The position numbers and the translations under genes were made by a program. Positions 23,139 to 35,014 of a stretch of DNA of 64,000 nt are shown here, piece after piece. Source of the DNA: Emiliania huxleyi CCMP1516 (lineage: Eukaryota); assembly GCF_000372725.1 (NCBI RefSeq), contig NW_005201287.1:713081-777080 (forward strand), written 5' to 3'. Every line of letters begins with the position of its first letter. Positions within the stretch are counted from its first letter, which is position 1. The notes below the pieces were generated by a model. That model was not told the origin of the DNA, searched no databases, and saw only the letters and a program-made list of their open reading frames with translations.

Positions 23139-24026
23139 ATGGCCTCCCACCGCATCGGCGCGCGCGTCGCGGGCCTCTCGCCAGCGCAGCGGTGCGCCAT
23201 CATCGAGGCGCAGGCGGGCGCGAGCGACGCCGCAATGCGCGTGGCGGAGGAGCACACCACACGGCTCGTGGAGCAGCCCGAGTGGGTGCTCTCCGAGGTC
23301 CTCCTCTCGCCGGACCTCGCCCCGCACATCCTCGCCCAGCTGCCGACCAAGGCGCATGCCGCCAAGGGGACGTGCCGCGCGTGGCGCCGCGGCTGGTGTG
23401 GACGGAGACGCTGCCGAAGCGCGGCCGCGACAGCGATTGGCGCCGATGCCGTCGGCACGTGAAAGTGCAGGCATGGCGACGCTCGATGGCAAGCTCTATG
23501 CGGCGGGCGGCGAGAATGAGGCTGACGGCGCAACTTTCAACCTGGTGGAGCGGTACGACTTGGCTACGAACGCGTGGGGGGCGGTGGCGCCGATGGCGAC
23601 CGCACGGGTTTCTCACGCCATGGCGGTTCTCGACGGCAGGCTGTACGCTGCGGGAGGTCACAACGACGACGAGGATGCATCATCTACCTCACCTCGGTGG
23701 AGCGGTACGATCCCGCGACGAACGCATGGGAGGCGGTGGCGCCGCTGACGGCGGCTCGGTGTAATTTTGCCGTGGCGGTGCTCGACGGCAAGCTGTACGC
23801 GGTGGGTGGCAGCGCGGGCAACGGCCACCTCGGCTCGGTGGAGCGGTACGATCCGGCGCTGGATGCGTGGGAAGCGGTGGCGCCGATGGCAGAGGCGCGG
23901 TATAAGCTCGCCGTGGCGGTGCTGGACGGCAGGCTGTATGCGGTGGGGCTCGCCGCGGGCGCGTCTCGCTCTCCTTATTTATTTATGACGAGCTCTCCAG
24001 CCCGCTGCTTTCCACCACGTGTGTGA
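23139..24026 (+). pseudogene. Kelch-repeat protein, frame-disrupted
   Basis: Repeats of LDGKLYAVGG...VERYDP..NAWEAVAPM..AR are spread over three frames and truncated at about 23960. Divergent from COX15 (~185 bp apart). Confidence 0.7.
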
Positions 24027-24241
24027 CTCGAGTCACACACACACACACACAAGAAGAGAGATTTCTTGTTGGTTTTCAAAAATCACACACACACACACAC
24101 ACAAGAAAGAGATCTCTCTCTCTCACACACACACAAACAATAAAACAAACACAAACAAAATCTCTCTCTCACACACACACAAGAAAAGCTGCCGAGCCCA
24201 AATCACTGTGAGAGTCGTGATTTCTTGTTGGTCTTCAAAAA

Positions 24242-24452
<211 letters not shown>

Positions 24453-24832
24453 CCACCATCTGCTACACACCTCTTCCTCCGCGAGACCGCAACCAATCGG
24501 AGTATTCACCTAGGTGATGCGCATCAGAGACACGTCTGCGCCCTCCAGCGCGACGACGCCTTGGCCGGGATGTTCTTTCTTCTCATGAGGCTCCCGTGGT
24601 GTACCTGTGTTAGTGCCAGTGCGCGCCAGTCCCGTGCCTAGTGTCGTGCGAGAGTATTCATCCTCAAATTCTTCTCCCGAGAGTCTCGTTCTTCGGACGT
24701 ACGTTCCTCCTGGAGTCCCTCCTGGAGTCCCTGGCCAATGCCTCGTTCCTTGGCCGGTCGCGCGGTTGCGATCTGCACCGATCCCGGTTCGCCCTGCTGT
24801 GCTCAGCAGCTTCCTCACCAAGCCCGGCGCCG

Positions 24833-26164
24833 ATGTGCAACGCCGCGCAAGGAGACCCGGCCGCGGCCCCAGCCGCAAACGAGACCGTGATTTTCGTGAT
24901 ACCTCCCGACCGCGGGCACTTTGACTACACGGTCTTCATCGCGGAGCGGCTCCACGGGCGCGGGTACGCCGTCGAATACTGGTCGCCGAGCACAGCAGGG
25001 CCAAACGTACCCGCCTTCGCCTCGTTTCACCCCTTGCACGAGGCGGGCGACGACCGCTTCGACCGCTTCACGAGAGCCTACTGCACAGCGAGTGCGGCTA
25101 GCGGAGACACCTATGAGGAGTCGCAGGGAAACAGCCGTGAGCGGCTGGAGGAGAACCTCGCTGCTACGTTCGAGGATCCTGCGGCAGCCCTGCATGGACT
25201 GCAAGGAACACGAGAGGCCCTGATCGGAATGAAGCAGCGCGTGCTCCAGAAGGATGTGGCGCTGTGCGTCTACGACGGCGTCCACGTATACTCTTGGATG
25301 GGCGGGTTTTGTGCCGACCACGGCGTTCCGTCGCTGGCTCTCTGCCCGTCGCAGATTTATGTTCGGAATCCAGAGGCGCAGGGGACGTTTTTGCCGAGCA
25401 ACTTGACAGACGAGCCGGAGTACAGCCCGGTACGCGAGGACCTGGCGGCGGTCCCGCACCCCGTCCTCTACACTCTCCTGCCAGACCTCCTCGAGGGCTG
25501 CGAGATCCCTGAAGGCCGGCGAAACGTCGGTCCTGTGCTGCCTAGTGACTTTGGCGTGACCGAGGCGCAGGCGGAGCGTTTTGTGGCAGGCGGGCTGCAG
25601 GCTTGGTGCGACGCCGAGGTCTCTCCCATCGTCTACGTCAGCCTGGGGTCCATGATCCGGAGCGGACCTTTGGCGGCCAACATCGCCAAGCGCTTGCTCC
25701 AGGCGATCGCGGAGGGGCCATGGCGGGTCCTGATGGCCGTCGCACCGGAGCTCGTTGAGGGCTGCATCGATTCATTGCCGCCAGGACGCGCCCGCGCAGA
25801 GGCGTGGGTGCCGCAGTCGGCGGTCCTGGCCCACCCCGCGGTCCAGGCCTTCGTCTCGCATTGCGGAGCGACATCCGTAAACGAGGCGGTGCTGCACGCG
25901 GTGCCAGTCATCTGCGTCCCCTTCTTCGACGACCAGTTCTTCAACGCCGCCTCGGCAGTGGCCTCCGGGTTTGGGGTAGCACAGCTGCCCAAGCACAGCT
26001 TCACTGCGGAGGCCGTCTGCTCTGCCGTCCGCACCGCGGTGGAGAGCGAGGGTGCGCGGGCCAGCGTGCTGGCAGCCTCGGAGCGGCTGCGCGGCATGCG
26101 CGGCCTCGCCGAGGTGGTGGCGGAGGCGGAGGCAGCCATCGAGGCAGCGCATGCCGTGCGGTGA
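24833..26164 (+). CDS. UDP-glycosyltransferase (GT1 family), intronless
   Basis: N-terminal PPDRGHF, IVYVSLGS, and the UGT signature AWVPQSAVLAHPAVQAFVSHCGATSVNEAVLHAVPVICVPFFDDQFFNA. Confidence 0.92.
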   Translation: MCNAAQGDPAAAPAANETVIFVIPPDRGHFDYTVFIAERLHGRGYAVEYWSPSTAGPNVPAFASFHPLHEAGDDRFDRFTRAYCTASAASGDTYEESQGNSRERLEENLAATFEDPAAALHGLQGTREALIGMKQRVLQKDVALCVYDGVHVYSWMGGFCADHGVPSLALCPSQIYVRNPEAQGTFLPSNLTDEPEYSPVREDLAAVPHPVLYTLLPDLLEGCEIPEGRRNVGPVLPSDFGVTEAQAERFVAGGLQAWCDAEVSPIVYVSLGSMIRSGPLAANIAKRLLQAIAEGPWRVLMAVAPELVEGCIDSLPPGRARAEAWVPQSAVLAHPAVQAFVSHCGATSVNEAVLHAVPVICVPFFDDQFFNAASAVASGFGVAQLPKHSFTAEAVCSAVRTAVESEGARASVLAASERLRGMRGLAEVVAEAEAAIEAAHAVR

Positions 26165-27334
26165 GGTGGATGAGGAAAGAATCTTACAACAAAACTCCCT
26201 CGCATGAGGAAAGAAAGAGAAAGTCGGTGACCGATGTCTTTGTCCCGTGCCCAGCGAGCGAGTGGGCTACAAATCTTTTCCCGTGTGTTAGAGAGAGATT
26301 TGTGTTAGTGCCAGTGGCAGTGTGCGCGCAGTCCCGTGCCAGTGTAAAAGAAAGAAAGAAACACAACAAATGTATGTGTGTATGTAGGAAGGTGAAGAAC
26401 AGTCAGGCTCGGACTGGACACCAACGCGGTATGGGTGGACGCTGGACAGATGATGACGACACGCACGAGCGACACACAGACACAACCAAACGAGGGATGG
26501 GACGAGGACGGGTCCCCACGTGCAAGAGAGAGAGAGAATTCTTGATACGAAACCACGACGACACACACCAGTCGACTCGCATCGGTTGCCTCCATGAACG
26601 GCGGAGCTATTCTCGCGTCCACACCACACCTGGCTCCAACGTGGACACGCCCATAGCTGGGGACACTACTAGGTCACGCATGGCATCAGAAGTTTTATCT
26701 CTGGGCCCCGAAAGGCATCTCTAGCAGCGTCGTTACGCATGCACCCTCCCCTCCTGGGCGCATACGCCTCACGTCTCGACAGAGCATAAGCCCTTGGTGT
26801 GCCACGAGACGAGTTTTTCGCCATCGCAGCGAGCAGCAAGCCACTCGCCGCAGCAGCCGGAGGCATCGCCACGGCACTGGCTGCGCCGCGGTCCCGCACC
26901 CGTCGGCGACGCTCCCCCCGCGGAAGACCGCGCGTAGCGACGCCTTGACGATCGAGATGAGCGCGCTTGAAGCTCGCCCACCTACTGCCCCTGAGAGTTG
27001 GTTATCGAGTGGGCTCAGCTCCCCCCCTTGGGATCGAAGCTTCCACGACCTCGCACCCAACACCACAGGCGGGATCAGAGAGAGACTCCGCACCGGACAC
27101 CGCCCGGGCACAGACCCCCTACCCGTCGGACAATGCCTGGACCCCTCACAGAGCGGCCCACACACAGATCACGCATCGGCAGATTTCACGCCTGGATCAG
27201 GCGTAGACAGCACACACTGGTCACAGTTGCATAGCCCTGCCGGGGGGGACGAGTTCGCAAGGTTCATATTAAAGAATACAAAGTGGTGACAACCACTGAG
27301 TTCTCAGTAGACGAACGAGCGTCGACTGAACAGA

Positions 27335-27365
<31 letters not shown>

Positions 27366-27396
27366 CACGTGCAAGCCTAACAATTCACAAACCGCC

Positions 27397-29701
27397 ATGG
27401 AAGACGAATCCACGGCGCTGCGCGAGGCGTCGAAGGCAGGCGACGCTGCGTGCGTGGCGCTGCTGCTGCGAGCCGGCGGCGGCGGCGGCATCGACGAGGC
27501 CTGTCCTCTTGGCTGGACGGCGCTGCACAACGCCGCCTTCTCCGGGAGCGCTGCGGTGACGTGCGCGCTGCTCGCGCACGGCGCGGATTTGGCCGCTCGC
27601 ACAAAGATCGGTGCGACAGCGCTGCACGTGGCCTCGTTCAACGGGAGGCTCGACGTGTGCAAGCTTCTGGTGGTGCACGGCGCAGATGTGCATGCGACGG
27701 ACCGGGACGGGATCACGCCACTCGAGGACGCGAGGTACCGCACCCTCGACCGATGCTGCGCGGTGGAGACGCCTGCGCAGCAGTGGTCAAAGAGCGCCGC
27801 ATTCCTCGCCAAGGTGAGTCCGGCCGCCCCCGCAAGCCGCACCTCCGCCCGGGCGAGCCTCTCCCCGCCTGCGCTGCGTCTCGGGTGAGAGCGCCGCCTC
27901 GCAGGTGATGCCGATGCCTCCCGACGAGCGGCTCGCCTTTGCCAGGCGCAGCTGGGGCCTCCGTGCCGCGGAGCTGCTGCAGGAGAGCTTCCTCCTCGGC
28001 CCACTCCCTTCCCAGCTTCCTCCTCGGCCCACTCCCTTCCCAGCTTCCTCCTCGGCCCACTCCCTTCCCTCCCTCCTCGCTCACTCACCCACTAGTGCCC
28101 TCCCCCCCACCCCTTCCCCTCGCCAGGACGCCGTCTCGGCCGGGGACGGCGGCCAGGCCACCCTCTCCGCGCTGCTCGACTGGCTCTCCGGCGACGTCGA
28201 CGCCAGGGACCACGACGGCTCGACTGCGCTCCACGCGGCGGCCGAAGGCGGCAACCTCGCCGCCGCCGCGCTGCTGCTCGACCGCCGCGCCAGCCCCGGC
28301 GCGGCGACGCGCGTCGGCGAGACGCCTCTCCACTTTGCTGCGCGGGAGGGCCAGCCGGAGGTGTGCCGGCTGTTGCTCGACGCGGGCGCGCGGGCCGACG
28401 CGCCGACGCGGGCGGGGACGACGCCGGTTGACGAAGCGAGGCGCGGCGGGCGGGCGGCGCACGAGGAGGTGCGCCGGCTGCTGGATCCCGAGGGGCTGCT
28501 GCGGGGCGAGGGGCCGCAAGGCAGCGCCAACGCGGACGCGCCTGGTGGCGGCGTTGCGGGAGAGAGGCGGGTGGTCGTGCACTGCGACGACCTCTCCTCG
28601 CTGCGAGAGCGGTCGGGCATCGACCACATCGCGGAGCACGTCCACTTGGCAAACTACTTTGCCTCCAAGAGCCGTCCCAAGGTTGCGGCGGCCGGCATCA
28701 CCCACATCCTCGTGGCGGCGCAGGAGCTGCCGCAGTCCCAAGCTGGAGGTGGGCGGTAAGGTAAGGTGTAAGGTAAAGCTCTCCACCTTCCGCAGGAGCT
28801 GCCGCAGTCCCTCGCGGCGGACGAGCGCCTCTCGTACCTCTCGCTGCGCCTCGCAGACAGCCCGAGCGCGAAGCTGCCACTCGAAGCGGCCCTCGCCTTC
28901 ATCGACGCCGCCCGGGACGCCGGTGGCAGAGTCCTCTGCCACTGCGCCGCCGGAGGCAGCCGCTCGGCTGCGGTGGTGCTCAGCTGGTTGATGCGCGAGC
29001 AGCGGCTGGCGTATGACGAGGCGCTGTCGCGCGTGCGGGAGGTGCGCTTTGTGGAGCCAAACCTCGGCTTCGAGCAGCAGCTCCGCGCCTGGGAGCAGCA
29101 ACTCGCTCGCGAGAGGCTGCCTGCAGCGGCGCAGGCGTGGGCCGAGCAGGCCACCGCGGCGCTGCGAGGCGCGGCTGCGGCGTGCGCTGCGGCGCCGGTG
29201 CAGTCGGAGGCTGCCGCGAAGGCCGTGCTTGGCGAGGTGTGGCGCGCGTGGGAAGCCAGCTGCGGGGGAGAGGTTGACGGCCGTGCCGCGTCTGAGGTCG
29301 CCGAGCTGTGCCACTCCAAGCTCCTCGGTTTCGCGGCGCGCTCGGGCGACTACTTTGCCGTCTATAGGATGGACGAGGCGGCGCTGCGACGCGGCGAGTA
29401 CTCCTACGGCCCCGTGCCGCTGCCGGCTGCTGTCGTGCCCGCGCTCTCAAAGGCCAGTGGAGAGTGCGAGTGGCGGGCGTGGCCAGCGGGCGGAGGAGAC
29501 GGCCCGCTCTACACGTGGCGCGGCAGCTACGATGCGACACGGCGGCCGTGGTACCAGCACGCGGCGCGGCACGGAACTGGGTGGATCGTGTACGCCGACC
29601 CGGTCTTCCCAGAGGAGCGCATGCGCTCGTTCGTCTCGCCGTTGATGGGGTCAGATGGCGCGCTGGCGGGAGTGCTGCTAGCGGGATCGTTTGCGGCGTG
29701 A
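27397..29701 (+). CDS. Ankyrin repeats + dual-specificity phosphatase + C-terminal Cache-like domain, multi-exon
   Basis: Two ankyrin blocks (GWTALHNAA, GATALHVAS, GSTALHAAA, GETPLHFAA). DSP motifs AGITHIL, VLCHCAAGGSRSAAVV and VEPNLGFEQQL. C-terminal YDATRRPWYQ..W..YADP..SP...G.LAGV. Confidence 0.85.
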
Positions 29702-31101
29702 GAACCAAGACCGCCGGCGGGTGTGTGTACATAATAAAGGGGAGTGCTCCGCGCCGCTGCACCGCAGCCACCGCGCGCGTGCGGTGTGTGGGCCTCTCTC
29801 TCGCGACACACACACATGCTGTGCCTGCCGATATGTCCATGTGGGGGCCCGAGCGCGAGCGCTTTGGTGCATTAGAGAGCCTCTTGCTGGGCCTGGGGCA
29901 ATTCGTTCGTTGGAGTGTGTAAATCGAGTTCTCCTGCCCCCGCGATAAGCGGCGCAGAAAAAGAAACACAAACCGCGCTCGGCCTGGTCGTCCGTTTGCG
30001 TTTCGAACGCGCTCTCTCCAACACGCAACAGAGCGGCGCCTTCTCGTATCGCGCGAGGTCGCGGATGCCTCAGACACAGACGAGAGCCTGGGCGTCGACG
30101 TCAGCCGACTGGCGCACCGGCGGCGCTTCGCGCCCCCTGCGGCGGCCGAGGTCGCGCGCACCCTCGATCTGCTCGACGAGCTCGGGGTCGCGCCGGCGGA
30201 GGACGTGGTCCGCCTACGCTTCAGGTCATGCGTGTCATGCGCACGGAACACGAGAGACGTCGTGCTACGCCATGGTGGTCCGCCTCGGCGTAGCACACGA
30301 GGAGCGTGCGCGTGCTCGTCAGGAGCGGCGACAAGTAGACAAGTCTTGTCACTAACAGAGTAGAGAAGGAACTGACCTCAGGGCCGATGTAACCAAGCGC
30401 TGGTAGCGTGGTTTTACCTCACACCCATGGTCTCACAGTGTGCCGGCAGTCGCCGAGCAGTGTCGCTCACACAAGCCGCAGCACAAGTGACTGAGGGCCA
30501 GTGAGGGCGAGCCCATCGCTGTCACAGCTGGGCTGCTTCGGCCGCGTGCACCTCCGATCCTGTACCGTGTTTGTTATGTGCCCCCCCCCCCCCAATGAAC
30601 ACACCAGTGAGGGAGGGCGAGACGATCGAGGGGTCCCGTACCATGCGGAATCGACCCTATCAAGTGCTCAAGTGCTCAAGAGCTGTGGCAGCCGCACAGT
30701 GCTTTCAGTGGGGGGGCTGTATGCCAACTGTGGTCTGTGCCTCTGGCTCTGCCTCAGCGTGTGAGCAGCAGAGGGGCTTCACTCCAGGCTTCCGGCGCAA
30801 AGAGCTGCATGCCACCGAAGGCGCTGTCGAGGTTCGCCGAGCGCGACACAGATTGGGGAACACCGTCACCGACGAGCGCGTCGGACTTTTTTCAGATTTC
30901 ACTTCCACGGACAAACACGGCCTCACGGCACACGGGGGACACACGGACACAGCTCACAGGTCACAGCGGACGGTGCGGGGTGTGTCCCCGTCACACGGCG
31001 AGGCGCGGGACCGTCTGTGGCGAAGTGGGTCGCGTCCCCCGATTTCCTCAACTCACGGTCCTTCCCCTTTGTGGGGGAAATGGCCAACGAGGACTATTGA
31101 C

Positions 31102-33227
31102 TCACACGTGCAGGCACGCGTCATCGCCAGAGCGCAACGCCACCAACCCGTTAAACCCGCCGCCAGCCGGGTCTCCCGGGGGGGTTGGCGGCGGCGGCGG
31201 GAGCCGCGGCTGCGTGGGCCGCTCCCACCTCACAGCCTTGGTCTGGGTGTGGTAGTAGTACGGGCGGCCGCTCTCCAGGTCGCGCGCCTCGACCCACTGC
31301 TCGTCGAAGTCGGGCGCCGCGGCCGCCTCCTCCTCGGACCACTTCTTGAGCTCCTTGACGAGCCTGGGGTGGGTGGGTGGGTGGGTGGGTGGGTGGGGGT
31401 GCGGCGGCGGGGGGAGGGGGCGGCGGGGTACGGTCAGGTCGTAGCACGGAAGGAGCGAGAGTGTGAGGCGGAGAGTCAGTGCACAGTGGGGGGCAAGAGT
31501 GGGGGAGGTGGACAGCAGAGTGGCGTGGGCAGAGCGGCGGGGTGCGAAGGGCTGTGTTGGGGACAGTGGGGCCGCCGGAGGGTGTGAGGGGCCGCCTCGT
31601 CAGCTCGCGCACGAAGAGCTGCTCTCGCTCGGGCGGCGGCTCGCGGGTCTGCTGCTGCGCCCACGAGGAGAGGCTCGCGGAGGAGGGGACACGAGAGGCG
31701 CTTGGCGAGCCGTTCGCGCTGGCAGCGAGGCTGCTCGGCGCACTGCCCGCGAGGGAGGAGCCGAGCGAGGAGGACCGCGAGTGGGAGGGCCCGCCGCTCC
31801 TCGCGCTCCTCCGGCCTGCCTCTGCCGAGCCCGCCTCTCCCCCGTGGGACAGCCTGCTCGACGCCCGCTGGATCGGCCCTCCAGCCTTGCCGCCAGCCTT
31901 GCGCTTGCCAGAAGCAGCGCCCGGCTTGCCGCCGGCCTGGCCGCTCGCCTGCTTGGCGGCGTCACGCTCGTCTGCGGCGCGCAGCGTCGCGAGGAGCTCG
32001 TACACCACCTGCGGGTGTATGTAGGGCAGGGTGTAGGGCCGGGGGGGGGGGGGGGGGTAAGGCCCGGTGTAAGGCCCGGTGTAAGGCCCGGGGGGGGGGG
32101 GGTCAGGGTTGGGGTTTGGGGTTCGAGGGCGCGGGTTCGATGGCGGCGCGTACCTTTGAGACTTGGAAGCTCGGCGCCTTCTTATCCTTGCCAAAGGAGC
32201 CGGACGAGGCGGCCAGGTTCTCGGAGAGCTTCCTCCCCACCTGGACCAGCCCCGTGGCGCCCTTCTGCGCCGCGTGGTACGCCACGAGCACCTGCAGAGC
32301 ACACCAGAGCCGCGGGGCGAGTCGGGTCACGGTATGTGAGACATCCCCCCCCCCCATCCACATCCACACACCCACACCACTCACACACTAGCTACAGCTT
32401 GTAGCGATAAGGTGCGTCCGCCCGGCGCCTGCTCGATCTGCGTGTCGAGCTTGTCAAGGCGGCCGATCAGACCCTCTCTGCCGTCGGCGGCGGTGTCGAC
32501 GCCGAGCGCCTTGTGCACCGCGCCGAGCAGCGCCTCCTCGGACATGGAGGACACCTGCAGCCGGAGGATGTGAGAAGCGCACACAAACGAAAGGGCAGGA
32601 CGGGGCCGGGGTGCGAATTAGGGCGCGGTCCACGCGCACCTGGTAGAGGAGGGCGAGCAGGCCGAGGAGGAGGAGGAGGGAGAGGACGCCCGGCGGCATC
32701 AGCAGCACCCACGAGTGGTCGAGGCCCGTCAGCTTCCAGAGCAGGTGCGCGTTGACCGCGTGCCACGCCAGGGAGAGGAGCATGCAGAGGAGGGCAAAGA
32801 GGGTGATGTAGATGACAAACCATTTGAGGCCGCCCTTGAGCTTCTTGAGCGGGGCGACGAAGGCCTTGACCGCCCAGTGGCCGCTCACGGACACCCTCGC
32901 GGACATAGCTGACATGGCGGACCCCCGTTTCGGTTCCTTCACCTCCTCATCCTCCTCCTCCTCCTCCTCCACTTCGGCGTCCGCGTTGTCCGCCTCCAGC
33001 CATCGCTGAAGCCGCTCCTTCTTCTCCTTCTTCTGCTTCCTTCGCTGCCTGCCAAAGAAGGAGCGGCGGCGCTGGTGGACGAGGGACGGATCCGCGGCCG
33101 CTGCGGATCCCGCAGACGAGCCATCACTCACGTCTGCGTCTGACTGCTGGCTCCGGCCGCCGCCTGCGGGTCTGAGGCCGGATATCGACGACAGGCCCGC
33201 CGGCTCGGTGTCAGATATGGACGCCAT
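31102..33227 (-). CDS. Membrane protein with two TM helices and C-terminal WW domain, multi-exon
   Basis: Last exon reads WVEARDLESGRPYYYHTQTKAVRWERP (WW). First exon has TM segments WFVIYITLFALLCMLL and VLSLLLLLGLLALLY. Confidence 0.7.
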
Positions 33228-33479
33228 CGCGACACACGACCAAGTCCAAAGCAGGTTCCGCAGAAGGCGGCCGAACGCCGCGCTTGGGGCGCTGTTCACA
33301 GCCTCCTCCTAAAAACACAACCCCGGACCCAAGACGCACAAGCACAGACAGTCGAGAAGGGAGAGAGACAGCAACGACAGTCAGAAGTCAGCGCTGGGTC
33401 CCAGGAAGGCGAATGCGATGACGGCCTCTAGTGTGAGCTCTAGCTAGTGAGCTCAAACGCACGCCGGCAGATCGCGACT

Positions 33480-35012
33480 ATATACAGCTAGTTAGGAGCC
33501 GACCGACCCTCGCGTCCGGTGCTCACCGACGGCCGGGCGGGCCGCCCGCCCACGCGCCGCCTACGCGCAGCGCGTGCGCCGCAAACTCGCCCGCCGACAG
33601 CGCTGGCCAGTCTCCATCGGCCGTCGCGAGAGGCCTGCCCGGCTGTCGCCGCGGGGCCCCCGCGAACACCACGCGTCGGATGCGGTGCCGCGCGAACTCG
33701 CGCGCAAAGTGCACGCCCCACGCCCGCCGCAGCGTCGTAGCGAAGTAGGACCGCGCCTCCTTCGCGCTAGGGATCCCTACGCGCGCCGATCCGCCTCCAG
33801 TGCTGCTTGGATGCCGACTCCACCACACAGTCGAACACCTGGTGCAGGTCGTCCGACGCCTCCGCGCCGCCCTGGCCATCGTCGCGCGCCCGAGCGCTCA
33901 TGTAGTGAGGCCCGCCGCGGTGGATGGTCTTGCCCTCGAGGAGGTGCTCCGCCGGCGGCTGCTCGGGCCCGCGCTGCACTGTCGTGCCGCGCCACCGTAC
34001 AGACGGGTGCGCCTGGCCTCGTGTGCCAGTGCAGCGCGCGCCGTGCGGGACTCGCGCAGCTTGCAGTGCAGCCGCCCATCCGGCACGATGCCGTTCTTGC
34101 CGCGCGTGCCAGCGGTGCCGTTGAGTGTGACAGGCGGGATGACGGCGCTGAAGATCTCGCGCGGCTCCTCCTTGCCGCGCAGCCCCGCGTGCAGCGCATC
34201 ACCGATCACGCGTGAGAAGATGTCGTCGTGGCAGTTGCCGTGGGCGCGGTCGTTGAGCGTCGCCAAGCCCAGCTGGACGCCAAAGGCATCGCAGACTCGA
34301 GGAGGGCCGCGGCCGGAGCAGGCGATGCTCTTGCCCACGAGCGCGCGCACGGCTGGGCTCTCCCGGCCGAGGTAGGTGCAGAAGATCTCGCGGAACTCGC
34401 GCGCCTCGCACCGGTTCTGAGCCGAGGGCCATGAGCTCACCCACGCGGACGAGAACGAGTCGACGGCCAGCCACGCCTCCCGCCGCGTGTCGCCGTGCGG
34501 CAGCCCGAGGATGCTGCGGCTGAGCTGGTTGCGCTTGACCTGCTCCCGCTGCTGCGTCAGCTGCCGCTGTAGCCCAGCGCTGCCGGCCCGCCCGTTGCCA
34601 GCCTCGGGAGCCCGGAGATCGAGAGGCCCCGCGACGCCCTCGCTGCGGACCTCGCGCTGCATGCCCTCCCACGCCCTCTTGAAGGACTCGCCCGTCGGCG
34701 TCAGCTGCCCCAGCTGCGCGCCGAGCGGGTTGACGTAGGTGGTGCAGCCCGAGAGGAAGCGCAAGAGGCGAGGGCTGTTCGGGTACGGCAACTCGAAGGC
34801 GCCGTGGCCGAAGAGCGGAGCGAGCATCTGGAAGAAGCCGCGCTCGCTGCCGCCGCCGGGCGTCGACCTGTCGAGGAACCTCTCGGCCGCCTCGACAAAG
34901 CAGGCGCAGAACGCAGCCGGCGCCACCTCCTCGAGCGAGCGCAGGCCGAGGCCGCGCATCCGCGCAGGCAGGCGAGCCCGCCGCGCGGTGATGGCGTCGC
35001 CGAGCACGCCCT
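33480..35012 (-). mobile_element. 5'-truncated, frameshifted non-LTR retrotransposon (CRE/R2-like, restriction-like endonuclease C-terminus)
   Basis: RLPARMRGLGLRS..APAAF (post-RT thumb motif), SSAWV, CDAFG..HD..EP and IVPDG..EGKT (PD..ExK-like). The RT core is absent. Confidence 0.7.
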
Positions 35013-35014
35013 CG

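Noticed and set aside
23139..24026. Kelch gene as a RAG2-like partner of the transposase
   Set aside because: These are ordinary KLHL-type repeats, frame-disrupted, with no PHD finger, and lie 21 kb outside the element.
26640..27280. Possible retroelement or gene fragment
   Set aside because: Only short ORFs are present, with no diagnostic motif.
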